Shown here piece after piece: positions 49,756 through 60,403 of a DNA stretch of 64,000 nucleotides (positions are counted from its first letter, which is position 1; every line of letters starts with the position of its first letter). The DNA is from an uncultured Gemmatimonadales bacterium. GTDB taxonomy: Bacteria > Gemmatimonadota > Gemmatimonadetes > Gemmatimonadales > GWC2-71-9. The DNA lies in the NCBI GenBank assembly GCA_963842945.1, contig CAWJIM010000019.1, positions 480,001 through 544,000 of the forward strand, given 5' to 3'. The notes under the pieces are model-generated. The model was not told the DNA's origin, searched no databases, and saw only the letters and a list, made by a program, of their open reading frames with translations. Position numbers and translations under genes: made by a program.

Positions 49756-50629
49756 CTATCTGCCGATCTGGTTCAGCTCAGCCATATCTTCGTGCGTGAG
49801 CTTCAGCTCGGCGGCGGCGATGTTCTCTTCCAGATGGGCCACCGAGCTGGTTCCTGGAATGATCAGCATGTTGGGAGAGCGAGCCAGCAGCCAGGCCAGC
49901 GCAATTTGATACACGGTCGCGCCGTGACGCTGAGCCACCCGATGAAGCGGCCCGCCTTCGCTCAGGCTACCGGCCGAAAGCGGAAACCAGGGGATGAACG
50001 CCATCTTCTCCCGCTCGCAGTAATCGACCTCCGGTTCCCATTTCCGGTCGCTCACGTTGTAGCGGTTCTGGACCGAGACCACCGGGATAAAGGAACGGGC
50101 GCGCTCGATGTCTTCGGTCGAGGCCTCGGAAAGGCCCAGGTGGCGGACGAGCCCCTCTTCCTGGAATTCGCGCAGGACGGCGAATTGCTCGTCTGCCGGG
50201 ACCTTGGGATCGATCCGATGGAGCTGCCACAGGTCGATCCGGTCCAGCTTCAATCGCTTGAGGCTGGCTTCGAGCCGACGCCGGAGGTATTCGGGCCGCC
50301 CATTTTCGACCCAGCGATCCGGGCCGGGGCGCTCCAAGCCTCCCTTGGTGGCGATCGACCAGGCCAGGATAGGGATGCAACGCCTCTGCGATCAGCTCCT
50401 CGGAGATGTGAGGGCCATAGGAGTCGGCGGTATCAAAGAAGTTCACTCCCAGCTCGACGGCCCGCTGGAGCACGCGGATGGCTTCGGCGCGGTCTCGGGG
50501 TGGTCCCCAGATGCCCTTGCCGGTCAGCCGCATGGCGCCGAATCCCATACGGTTCACCGGAAGATCGCCACCCAGGGCGAAGGTGCCGGCTGCGGCGGCA
50601 GGAACGGAAACTGTGCGAGGGTTGCTCAT
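49756..50629 (-). CDS. Aldo/keto reductase (frameshift near 50355)
   Basis: MGFGAMRL, FFDTADSYG, IDLWQLHR, GLSE, VQNRYN, IPGTSS. Confidence 0.9.
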
Positions 50630-50699
50630 GAAAAGATCCTTAGAAGGTCCAAGGGCGGAGGGTAGATCGTGCGCTGATCCCCTGTAGCTTTGAACGGGT

Positions 50700-51253
50700 A
50701 TGGACTCGGCATCGGTTCCCGACGATCTGTCTCCCGCGCTGGACGCGGTAATTTCTCGATTCGCCGGCATGGTGCGTGGCGTCGGATGGCGGCATCGTCT
50801 TTCCGAGGCCGATGTCGATGAGGTCATGCAGCAGGTAAGGATACGCCTCTGGCGAGCCCAGCGTGAGAGTGAGCAGATCAGCCGGGTCCCTGCGTCCTAC
50901 GTGTATCGAACGGCCGTGTCGGCCGCGCTCGACTTGATGCGGCGGCGACGGGCTCAGCGCACTGATCAGACACTTTCGCTGGACGAGCCGGGTGCGGCTC
51001 TCCCCGATAGGAGGAATCCCGAAGAGGACCTGGCCCATTCGGAGCTCTCTCAACTGGTTGCGCGAGCCATCGACCAGATTCCAGCCTCACGGCGGCCGGT
51101 GGTGCGCATGCACTGGCGGGTCATCCTCGGGAGGAAATCGCCCAGCTCCTCGGCTGGTCCGAGGCCAAGACCCGGAACCTGCTCTATCGAGGAATGGATG
51201 ACCTGCGCGAACGTCTCAAGGAGCTTGGGGTTGGATGGGAAATGACCGCATGA
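50700..51253 (+). CDS. ECF RNA polymerase sigma factor (frameshift near 51112)
   Basis: Region 2 DVDEVMQQVRIRLW...YVYRTAVSAALD; shifted frame gives region 4 GHPREEIAQLLGWSEAKTRNLLYRG; ATGA overlap with the next gene. Confidence 0.88.
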
Positions 51254-51876
51254 GTAGTCCCCGACTTCAGGAGCTCTACGCGCAAGCGCTCGCGCGCCGC
51301 GGCAACGAGGCTCAAGGCTGTGTTTCCCCGGAAGAGTTGCTCGCACTGGTCCGGAGGGAAGGGGATGAGGATCGTCGATTACAGGTGCTGGATCATGTGA
51401 TGGGATGCCAGGCCTGCCACCGCGAGTTCGAGCTGCTTCGGGCCCTGGAAACGGCCGGTGCCGGCACCCGGGAATTGGGAATGGTCAGAAGCATCAGCCG
51501 GCGCATCATGCCCCTGGCTCTTGCCGCGTCGGTTTTGTTGGCGATCGGGGTCGGACTCATGGTGCGCAACCGGGAGGGCGATATCACCAGAGGAGGAGGG
51601 CCTGGCCTGGTCCTCCTCACTCCAGCCAGCGAAGTAGCTCCGGCACGGCCAGTCACTTTTTCCTGGCGACCCCTCGCCGGGGCTCAGCGCTACCGTTTCG
51701 AGCTGCTGGACCGAAGCGGGAGCACGGTGGTCTCCCAACTCACACCCGACACCAGTCTTACTGTGCCGGCCGGCCAGCTACAGCCCGGCTCGACGTATCA
51801 ATGGTGGGTGCGCGACGCGACGCCGGGTTCCCGTCTCGCTTCCTCCCTGCGGGCCCTCCGGATTCTCAGCAAGTAG
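51250..51876 (+). CDS. Zinc-binding (ZAS) transmembrane anti-sigma factor with Ig/FN3-like outer domain
   Basis: HVMGCQAC (HxxxCxxC), one TM, TRGGG linker, FSWRP...YRFELLD...LQPGSTYQWWV. Confidence 0.8.
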   Translation: MSSPRLQELYAQALARRGNEAQGCVSPEELLALVRREGDEDRRLQVLDHVMGCQACHREFELLRALETAGAGTRELGMVRSISRRIMPLALAASVLLAIGVGLMVRNREGDITRGGGPGLVLLTPASEVAPARPVTFSWRPLAGAQRYRFELLDRSGSTVVSQLTPDTSLTVPAGQLQPGSTYQWWVRDATPGSRLASSLRALRILSK

Positions 51877-54731
51877 AACAGCACCAGGCCGGCTGAGAGC
51901 GCTACCAGGCCGGTCAGCAGCCGGGATAGCTGCCACCAGGCCGGCGCTCGCAACGGCACTTGAACCAGCGGATCGCCTACGAGGGTGAAAGCCGCCCACT
52001 CATGGGGCGATCGTTTCGCCCGGATGGCATCGAGCTTGGCCAGGCGGAGCGCCTCTCCCACTGGTCGCTTCTGGGCCAGATGCCGATACAGCGCTTGTAC
52101 CAAGCTTACGGCTTCACGGTCTCCGACCTCCCACTGCGTGGCAACGACCGAGCGCGCCCCGGCCCGAAACAGCGGCGCAATCAGCCCCTGAACTCCCTCT
52201 CCATTGATGACCACACCTCCAGCGGAACGGCAGGAGGAGAGCACGACCATGTCCGCATCCAGCCGAAGCCTGGCCAGCTCATCGGGGCCCACGAAGCCGC
52301 TCTCACCTTTGCTGGGCGCGAGGACCAATGCTGTCCGAGCAGCCGTGTGCTCATCGACCAGGGTGTGGGTAGCGAAATGGACTACCCGAAACGGTGTGAG
52401 GTCGGATCCCTTGAGGAATGCCGCGCTGGCTTCGCCACGCAACCGGACCTCGGATTTCGGCGAGTACCGGGCCACGAAGCGGGCTTCCCCGGCCGACCGG
52501 CGGAGTCGGGGGAGGGCAGGCTGTCGCTTCGACTCAAAAGCAGGATCGCCAAAGGCAAGCAGCCTCATCGGCCGGCCACTCGGATGGTGAAGCCAGAGCG
52601 AGACGAGCACTTTGGCAGATGGAGCGGTGCTGATGGCATACCGCTCCGCGGCATAGCGGCCGTCGCGCAGCCGCAGCGCATCGAACGGCAGCCGGTGCAA
52701 GGGACCGTCCGGGATGATCACCAGCCGGCGAATAGTGGCGTCCAGCCGAGCCACCGCAGGGGCCAGCAGCGCATTGCCCAGGCTCGCGGCCACCCCGTCG
52801 GACTCCATTCCGCTCTGGATCAGGGCCTCGAACCTCGCTATTCGCGCCTCCAATGAATCGGCCGGCGCAAGCGTGAGGACCTGGAGGTCGTTCCCGCTTC
52901 CGCGGCGCAGCAGGAACAGTGTCGTCGGTGCTCCCAGTGAGCCGGTCACATACTCGAGAATGGCGGTGCTGTCGTCCGGGATGTGGGAAGCCGCTTGGGG
53001 GGCGGTCATGGCGGGCGTCGATCGCTCGGAGGTGACCGGAGCGAGACGCAAGGTATCGCTTTGATCGAGAGCGGTCGCCTGAGCCAACTGGTCGGCCAGC
53101 TCACGCGCCCGCCTCCGCTCCGCCAGCGCGAACGCGGCGTCGGCCCGTCCTCGGGTCGCAAGGTCGCTGATCACCCGCACGACCTCGGCATCGCGATCGT
53201 TCATCTCCGTGGGCGAGGCCTGGAAGGCAAGGACCCGGAGCTCCTCGTCGCTGAGAGTTGCCCGCCAGCGTTCCAGCTCATCCCAGGCCTGCATTGCCTC
53301 GCGTTCGGCGCGCTGGATGTCACCGCGACGGGCGTAGATGTCGGCCAGCCGGACCCGGGCGTCATGGCGAAAGACATGCTGGCTGGAATCCAGGGTGGCC
53401 AGGAATCGAGTCAGCGACCGTTCCGCCGACGGAAGGTCACCCCGAAAGAGGGCCAGCCGGGCATCGTCGTAGTGAAGCTCACTGGTCCAGAGCGGCCGGT
53501 TCATCCGGCGAGCCAGGGCATGGGCAGCGTCGAGCGCCTTTTGAGCGGCGGCCCAGTCACCCTCGTGCATGGCGATAATCGCGAGATTGCGGTGGGCGGA
53601 AAACTCGATCTGGGCTTCTCCGGTGCGCTGGTACCACGCGAGGACTTCCAGCGTCTGCTTCCGCGCTGCTGACAGGTCTCCCATGGCCAAGGCGGTCACG
53701 GCCAGATAGTCCCGGGCCTTCATCTCCCCGACCGGGTCGCCCAGACTCCGAAATAGAGCGATAGAGCGATCCAGCGCATCGGAGGCTGCGGCGTAGTCGT
53801 TGAGGGAGGTCGCGATGGCGCCGGCCGCGGTGTAGGCGGCAGCTACCGCGAACTGGTTGTGGGCCGCTTGTGCCTCTGCCAGGGCCTGGTGCACCAGCTC
53901 ATTCGCCTTGCCCAGGTCGCCCTGACCAAGCAGAGCATTGACGTGCCAGAGAAGGGTGGTCGAGAGCTGCGCCCGGTCGTGACCGCGGCGATACCACTCC
54001 TCGGCTTGAAGCAGAACCACTATGGAAGAATCCCGCTTTCCCTCGAACTGGAGCAGCTGTGCCAGGGACTTGAGCGCCTGGCCTACCAGCCGCTGGTACC
54101 CGGACTGCCGGGCCAGTTGAAGGGCCTGTCCCGCATCAGCCCTGGCCTCCGGGCGACCCAGGATCCCTCGCAAAGCGGCCCGCTGGCGAAGCCGCTCGGC
54201 GTGCACGTCGTAGCGGGTTTCGGGGACCAGACGCTCCACGGTATCGAGAGTGACCAGTCCGGATTCAATTCCTTCGCCGAATGCCCGCTGCAGCGATACC
54301 ACGAGCAGGGCCTCACCTTCGGCAGCGGGATCGCCCACCCGGCGGGCAGCCGCCCGGGCGCGCTCGAGCGCTGCCTTGGCCTTCTCGCTCAATCCCTGAG
54401 CGTCCAGGCCCTGGGCCAGACCCAGAAGGGCGTAGGCCCCGAGCGGGTCAGCGGCCAGCGAGTCCTGGCCCAGCAGTACCCGATGGTAGAGCCGCTCGGC
54501 ATCCGGGTAGGCATACCGCAGCCGGTTCAGAGTGGCCAGGCCGAACAGAGCGGCCCGGTCGGTCGAGTCCTGGCCGAGTCTGGTTTTCCAGCGGCTTTCC
54601 CAAGCGGCGACGCTGTCTCCCTCGATCGCCCGAGTGGCGGTTGCCACGATTGCGGGGGGAGACTCGAGAGTGTCTGCTGGAGAGGTTAGTAGCGAACAGA
54701 TGAGCGGGAAGAGCAATGCAAGCATGACCAA
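51798..54731 (-). CDS. TPR-CHAT caspase-like protease, exported and C-terminally anchored
   Basis: Signal-like N-terminus, TPRs, IIPDGPLHRLPFDAL, VVHFATH and VVLSSC dyad, AGARSVVATQWEV, WAAF, C-terminal TM plus basic tail. Confidence 0.9.
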   Translation of the reverse strand: MVMLALLFPLICSLLTSPADTLESPPAIVATATRAIEGDSVAAWESRWKTRLGQDSTDRAALFGLATLNRLRYAYPDAERLYHRVLLGQDSLAADPLGAYALLGLAQGLDAQGLSEKAKAALERARAAARRVGDPAAEGEALLVVSLQRAFGEGIESGLVTLDTVERLVPETRYDVHAERLRQRAALRGILGRPEARADAGQALQLARQSGYQRLVGQALKSLAQLLQFEGKRDSSIVVLLQAEEWYRRGHDRAQLSTTLLWHVNALLGQGDLGKANELVHQALAEAQAAHNQFAVAAAYTAAGAIATSLNDYAAASDALDRSIALFRSLGDPVGEMKARDYLAVTALAMGDLSAARKQTLEVLAWYQRTGEAQIEFSAHRNLAIIAMHEGDWAAAQKALDAAHALARRMNRPLWTSELHYDDARLALFRGDLPSAERSLTRFLATLDSSQHVFRHDARVRLADIYARRGDIQRAEREAMQAWDELERWRATLSDEELRVLAFQASPTEMNDRDAEVVRVISDLATRGRADAAFALAERRRARELADQLAQATALDQSDTLRLAPVTSERSTPAMTAPQAASHIPDDSTAILEYVTGSLGAPTTLFLLRRGSGNDLQVLTLAPADSLEARIARFEALIQSGMESDGVAASLGNALLAPAVARLDATIRRLVIIPDGPLHRLPFDALRLRDGRYAAERYAISTAPSAKVLVSLWLHHPSGRPMRLLAFGDPAFESKRQPALPRLRRSAGEARFVARYSPKSEVRLRGEASAAFLKGSDLTPFRVVHFATHTLVDEHTAARTALVLAPSKGESGFVGPDELARLRLDADMVVLSSCRSAGGVVINGEGVQGLIAPLFRAGARSVVATQWEVGDREAVSLVQALYRHLAQKRPVGEALRLAKLDAIRAKRSPHEWAAFTLVGDPLVQVPLRAPAWWQLSRLLTGLVALSAGLVLFYLLRIRRARREEARREPGVASRTHH

Positions 54732-54780
54732 GCATGGGTTCAGCCGCCACTATACCGAGCGATGACGCAGGCAGCAAGTG

Positions 54781-54812
54781 AAAAGGGCCGGCCCTGAGGC
54801 CGGCCCTGGTTT
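54781..54812. terminator. Intrinsic terminator after the TPR lipoprotein gene
   Basis: AAAAGGGCCGGC-cctgag-GCCGGCCCT; gives a U-tail on the minus strand. Confidence 0.7.
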
Positions 54813-54816
54813 GTGC

Positions 54817-55833
54817 CTACTCTTCGTGCTCACAATCCTCCAGGCTATCGCCCCGGGTCTCGATCGAGGCGGTCGTCGAATCCAAGGCTACCGGAGTGGA
54901 ATCGAGAACCTGCTGAGTAACCTCGCTGCTGGACCCGCTCCAGCTTTCGATCTCCCGCTCGAACTGCTGCGCCAGCTGGTCCAGATCCACCGGCCCTGAT
55001 TCGGTCTGTTGCACCACGCTGGTGACCCGCGCCAGCGCTACCGCCGCCTTCTGGTAGGTACTATCGACTTGAATGGCGGTCTCGTAGGCCTGCGCAGCGG
55101 CCTCCGGATAACCGGACCGCTCAAGGGCCACTCCCAGGTTGTTCTGAAAAACAGGGGCATTGCCTCTGAGTTGCACCGCTCGAGCCAGAGCGGGAAGCGC
55201 CTCGTTCGGCTGGTTCTGGTCGATGTAGATCAACCCGAGATTGTTCATCGCCCAGGCGTCCCGCTCGTCGACGACCAGGGCACGGTGATAAGCCTCGATG
55301 GCATCATCGACCTGACCCAGGAGATAGCGAGTCCGGCCCAGCAGGCGGAGCCCCTCACTCGATGCCGGCTCCTGACTCAGCGCCTTCTCGATCCGCTCGA
55401 GCGCCTGCTGCAGGTGACCCGTTTCCAGCAGCACTCGTGCGGAGTTGTACAGGCTCTTCCGGTGATTGGGATCCAGCTCGATGGACCGGTCGAAGGCGCT
55501 CAAGGCGCGATCAGGCTCTCCGTTTTTCCAGGCGGAGACCCCAAGCATGTAGTAACCCCAGGCATTTTCGGGATTGCTCTCGGTGTAAACCGAGAACAGC
55601 TGGGTGGCCTCATCGTACTTCCCGGTGTTGAAGGTGGATTCGGCCCGGGCGTAGGTGACTGGAGCCGACTTGGGCCCGATCTCACCGGCGCTGTCGTTTC
55701 CGGCAGTTGTTCCGGAGACGACCGGCGGATTCGCGCCCGCGGTGGTGGACGTGGTTTGCTGGCGGTCGGACCGCCCGCATGCGGCAATGATGGCAGTAAG
55801 GGCGAACACTGGTACGGCGAAGTAGCGAGACAT
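54817..55833 (-). CDS. TPR-repeat lipoprotein
   Basis: IAAC lipobox; multiple TPRs (ELDPNH, NNLG); AAGGAG RBS. Confidence 0.85.
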   Translation of the reverse strand: MSRYFAVPVFALTAIIAACGRSDRQQTTSTTAGANPPVVSGTTAGNDSAGEIGPKSAPVTYARAESTFNTGKYDEATQLFSVYTESNPENAWGYYMLGVSAWKNGEPDRALSAFDRSIELDPNHRKSLYNSARVLLETGHLQQALERIEKALSQEPASSEGLRLLGRTRYLLGQVDDAIEAYHRALVVDERDAWAMNNLGLIYIDQNQPNEALPALARAVQLRGNAPVFQNNLGVALERSGYPEAAAQAYETAIQVDSTYQKAAVALARVTSVVQQTESGPVDLDQLAQQFEREIESWSGSSSEVTQQVLDSTPVALDSTTASIETRGDSLEDCEHEE

Positions 55834-55894
55834 GGGGCTCTCCTTGATGTGGCGCGAGGCGCCGTGACTGACGGCCAACCGCGCCGAGACAAAG

Positions 55895-55909
55895 GCAAAC
55901 GGGCAGCCA
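55895..55909 (-). promoter_or_regulatory. Sigma54 -24/-12 promoter
   Basis: Minus strand TGGCTGCCCGTTTGC, i.e. GG-N10-GC. Confidence 0.65.
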
Positions 55910-55996
55910 CATCAAAGAGGACCCGGGGGACTCTCGAGATCGCCCTGCAGATACAACTACTTAGAGAAAACGGTGTCACAGCGGAGCCGGCCGAGT

Positions 55997-56047
55997 GTGT
56001 CCGGAGGAACACCACCGGAAAGAGGAGGACGTGTCCCCAAGGACACG
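55997..56047. promoter_or_regulatory. Two palindromic enhancer (UAS) sites
   Basis: GTGTCC-ggag-GAACAC (55997-56012) and CGTGTCC-ccaa-GGACACG (56030-56047). Confidence 0.6.
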
Positions 56048-57426
56048 CTACTCGGGCCCGGCTTTCCCTTCCCGACGAAGATTCAGGCGACGCATGATCT
56101 TGAGCAAACTGGCGTGGTCGGCCAGTCCAAGCTCCTCGGCGGTTCGGGTCACATGCCACTGATTGCGCTCCAACGCGGCAGCAACGATCTGTCGTTCGGC
56201 CTCGGTGCGCAGGGCCTGGAAGGTTCTGCCTCCTGAGGGTAGGGCGGGAATTCGACTCTCTTCCCGGATGTCTGCAGGGACATGCTCCGGTCGGAGCATC
56301 TCGCCCTCCGCCGCGATGATCATGCGCTCGATGGCATTCCGCAGCTCGCGTACGTTGTTGCGACTCCAGTCATATCCCAGGAGCACCTCCAGCGGCGTCT
56401 CCCGACAGCTTCTTGGGTCGGAAACCAAACTGTCGGCACATGCTGGTGAGAAACCGATTGGCCAGCTCCGGGACGTCGGACAGACGGTCACGAAGCGGCG
56501 GCACGTTGAGTACGTGAACGTTGAGGCGGTAATAAAGATCCTGACGGAAGTTCCCGGCGGAGACCTCGGCCTCGAGGTTTCGATTGGTGGCGGCAACCAC
56601 CCTGGCTTCTATGGGAATGGGACGAGTTGCACCCAGCCGGACCACTTCCCGGTTCTCCAGCGCGCGGAGGAGCTTTGCCTGAGCCGGAAGCGGAAGCTCT
56701 CCGATCTCGTCGAGGAACAGGGTGCCCCGTCCGGCAGCCTCGAAGGCTCCCTTTCGGGTGACTGCGGCACCGGTGAACGCGCCGCGCTCGTGCCCGAACA
56801 ACTCACTCTCGATCAGATTTTCGGGCAGGGCCGCGCTGTTGATGGCCAGGAAGGGTGCGTCGGGATGGAGGCCGGAGCGGTGGAGGTCGCGGGCGACGAG
56901 CTCCTTGCCGGTGCCGCTTTCGCCCAGGATCAGCACCGGGCTCGGGATCCGGCTCACCCGGCCGATCGCTTCACGCAGGGTACGAATGGCCGCACTGGAG
57001 CCCACCAGCGATGACTCAATGCCGAGCCGGCGCTCGAGGGCCGCCAGCTCCTGCCGGAGTCTCTTCCGCTCCAGCACCGTCTCGACCTCATGGACCACCC
57101 GCTCCATGGGCTCGGCCTTGTCGATGAAGCTGTAGGCGCCCAGCCGGATAGCAGCGATGCAGCGCTCGTAGTTTCCGGTGCCAGTGTAGACGATCACGGG
57201 CACTTCACTGCCCTGCTGCTCCAGCCGGCGCAGTACCTCGAATCCGTCCATCCCCGGCATTTCCAGATCGAGGATCATGCAGTCGACCGCGGCGCTGCGA
57301 AGCAATTCCAACGCCTTACCACCCTCGTTCGCGGTGACGACCTCGTATCCGCCCAGGCGCTGCGAGGTCGTAGGCGTACTGCTCGGTGAGCGCGGGTATG
57401 TCGTCGACGACCAGTACCAGGGTCAT
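56048..57426 (-). CDS. NtrC-family sigma54-dependent response regulator (frameshifts near 57360 and 56395)
   Basis: VLVVDD and LDLEMPGMDG receiver; GESGTGKE, HERGAFTGA, FRQDLYYRL, NVRELRN; C-terminal HTH. Confidence 0.92.
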
Positions 57427-59123
57427 GGCCTCGACTCTTCGGCTGGCACCGGAGGCAGCTCCACCAGCACCCGGGTACCCGCGCCGGGCTGAGTCTCCAC
57501 CCGGAGGGTGCCCTCGAGATCCAGGATGAGTCGCCGAACGATCGAAAGACCCAGGCCGGTCCCTCCGGACTTGGTGGTATAGAAATCGTCGAAGGCCCGG
57601 TTCAGCTCACTCTCCGTCATGCCGGTTCCATTGTCAGCTACGATGATTCTCACCCGCTCAGGTTCTGGCCCGCCGGCAACTCGCTCGGTTGATATCGTGA
57701 CCTCGCCCATCGGGCTTTCCGGACAGGCTGTCCAGGGCATTCCCCACCAGGTTTTCCAGGATCCGGCGGACCATCAGCGCGATCGGCCAGGGCAAGAGGC
57801 TGATGAGGAGAGAGCTCGGCTCGAATTCCGACTCCATCGTGGCTGATGTTGCGGACAACCTGCTCGACAATGGCATTGACATCACAGGCCTTCCGCTCGA
57901 TGCCCGGCGCCAGCCGGTCGTAATTGCGGGCCAGGGTGCTGAGATATTCCACACTCGAGTCCAAAGTGCCCCGGCGGGCCTCGAACACCTGGGGAAGGGA
58001 CGCAGGGTCCTGCTGAAGCACCTGGCTCAAGTGACGCAAGACGTTCCGAATAGGCGCCAGGCCATTCTTGATATCGTGGTTCACCTGGCGAGCCAGGTCG
58101 CCCACCGCGGCGCGGCGCTCGGCTTCACGCACCCGGACCGAACTGGCCCGGAGCCGCTCCATCATGGAGGCGAGCAGCCGCGAGAGAGTGCCGATCTCGT
58201 CTGATCGTTCGGTGGCAAAGCTCTGGTCCAACCGATCGAGGTCCACCTGGGCCGTCTTCTCGGCCAGATCCCGGAGGGGCCGGCTGACTCGGGCGGAGAG
58301 CCAGGCTGCGCCAAGGACGGCCATCAGGACGGTGAGCGCCAGGGCTACCAGAAACCAGCGCTTTACGCCCTCCCGAAGGGATTCCAATGCGTCGAGCGAC
58401 TGAATCACCAGCAGCCGCGCCGTATCCGAGGTGACACCGGTGCCGGCGGTGAGGTCGATATACGGCACGCGCAGCTCGCGAACAATCCGGCTTCTGGGGA
58501 CCGAGGGCGTGGCCGCCCCGGGGTACTCCAATCTTACCGCGAGGCTCGAGTCTCGAGCCAACCCTCCCAGGAGCCGTGGGTCCGCTCCCACCCCACCAAT
58601 GATCTTGAATGCTCGGGTTCCAATGCGGAGCGAGTCGATTCGGGTCAGCGCGAGCACGGCTGAATCGGGCGTGCGGGCCCGAAGCAACATCAGTGAGTCC
58701 GGCGCGCTTTCCAGCAAGCGAGGTGAGCTCTGGCTCCAGCCGGTCGAACTCGTTGCGAAAGTGACCTGAACTGAGAATCCGGCCGTCGGGGTGCTGAATC
58801 TGAAGCAGGGAGAGTCCGGAGAGCCGCATTGCCTGACCCGCTGCATCGAGCAGGTATGGCCGGCTGGCGGCGTCACCCTGAACGGCGAGACGGAAACGGT
58901 TGTCTTTCGACAGTTGGGTCACGATAGCCTGGAGCCGTTGTCCAACCAAACCGCTTGCACGTCTCAGGTCGGACTCCAGTACGGCCGCCATTGCTTCCAC
59001 TCGCGTCTGGTATTCCCGGGTGAGGCGGCGATCCAGCTCCCGGCGCACCCCGAGCGCGAGCGCGCCAAGCGGGATCAGCACGGCCAGGAGGATGGCCCCA
59101 AACACTCTGCTCCGGAAGCTCAG
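57423..59123 (-). CDS. HAMP-domain sensor histidine kinase (several frameshifts; start uncertain)
   Basis: Two TMs, RSDEIG HAMP, NHDIKNGL H-box, ENLVGNA, DNGTGM, FYTTKSGGTGLGL across frames. Confidence 0.88.
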
Positions 59124-60383
59124 CGGGAAGTCTCCTGCTGGAGGTCGGCCTCCGAGAGAAAGCGGGGTGTCCCGTCCCAGTCCACGGTGAGCGCCGGCGA
59201 TCCTCGCCGGACAATCGCGCGCTGCCGAGTGTCGATCAATGGGTAGAGGCGGCCTCTCCGCGTCCACTCGGCCGACTCGCGGCAGGGCGACGCCGATTGC
59301 AGGGGGATGGCCACGATATACCCGCGATCCCCTCCTTGCTCGAGCTCGGCGGCAAACCGGGAAGGATCCATCGCGAGCGCGCTGAGGGGATGTTGATCTT
59401 CGGCGATGGCGACGAGGCGCTCAGCCAGCTTTCGAGCGACAGGGTCGTTTTGCTGATAGACGAGGCGCGGTCCTGTGGGGGCGGTCGCCTCCATGGAGAT
59501 TTCGACCGAGCAGGGGCTGGAATTCCACCACAGTTGGTTCGCCGATGGGCGAGCGTCGGTCTGCACCACATCCTGAACCAGAGACAGCTTCAAGGACGAA
59601 TCCAAGGCTGCGGTCACCGGCGGGGTGCCGGCGTGCTGCAACAAGACATAGGTCCGGTCCCACGGCAGCAGATAGGAGTTGAGCTCGGTCGTACGCGCCG
59701 CATAGTCGATCACCTGAGGGTCACCCGAAACCACCAAATCAGCGCCGGCATCGAGCGCGTCCCTCAGGTCTCTGGTACCCGGGGCCGTGATTTCAAGGAT
59801 CGGGCGGCCCGGTCCCAGGGAGACGGTCAGCCGAGTTCCACTCAGCCGGTGTAGCCATGCTGCTTGGAACCACGGACCAAAGCGGATCGGCCAACGCTCT
59901 GGGCAACGAATCACGCGAATCCTTCATCGTCAGGCGTACCGTGTGATCGTCGATTACCTGCACCGAATCCAGCCCGGCCTCGCGCAGAGCACCGGCTCGG
60001 CGACTCCAATCGGTCTCGATACTGCGGGCAGTCAGGCTGCTGCCATCGGCAAATTGAGCCCCGTCGCGAAGAGCAAATGTCCAGATTCGGCCAGTGCTAT
60101 CGGTGTGCCATGAGGTAGCCAGACCGGGCCGCAGCTCACCCCGGCAATCGAGTCTGACCAGTGCTGGAAAGAGCTGGCGAAAGACCAGCCGCTCATCCTG
60201 GTTGGTGGGTACCGGCGCGTGAGACAAGTCGAGTGGGCTGGACAGCGCGACCGTGACCGTATCGAGCCACTGCGTCGAGTCGGCGGACAGCAGGCAGCGG
60301 TCTTCCGACTGCGTCGGCTGGGGAGAAGGTGAAGGCTTCGGAGCGGAGGCGGGAGCGCAACCGTCGAGGGTCAGCGCGGCCAA
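59120..60383 (-). CDS. Family-5-like solute-binding lipoprotein (frameshifted; start uncertain)
   Basis: LDGC lipobox; LVRLD...LRPGLATSW...WTFALRDGAQFADGS.LTA signature; no permease or ATPase adjacent. Confidence 0.7.
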
Positions 60384-60403
60384 GCCGAAGGCAGCGGCTC
60401 CAG

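Noticed and set aside
11690..56097. Long antisense ORFs (e.g. 11690-12823, 17399-18400, 37134-38132, 47237-48292, 55009-56097)
   Set aside because: Shadow frames of well-supported genes in high-GC DNA, with no motifs of their own.
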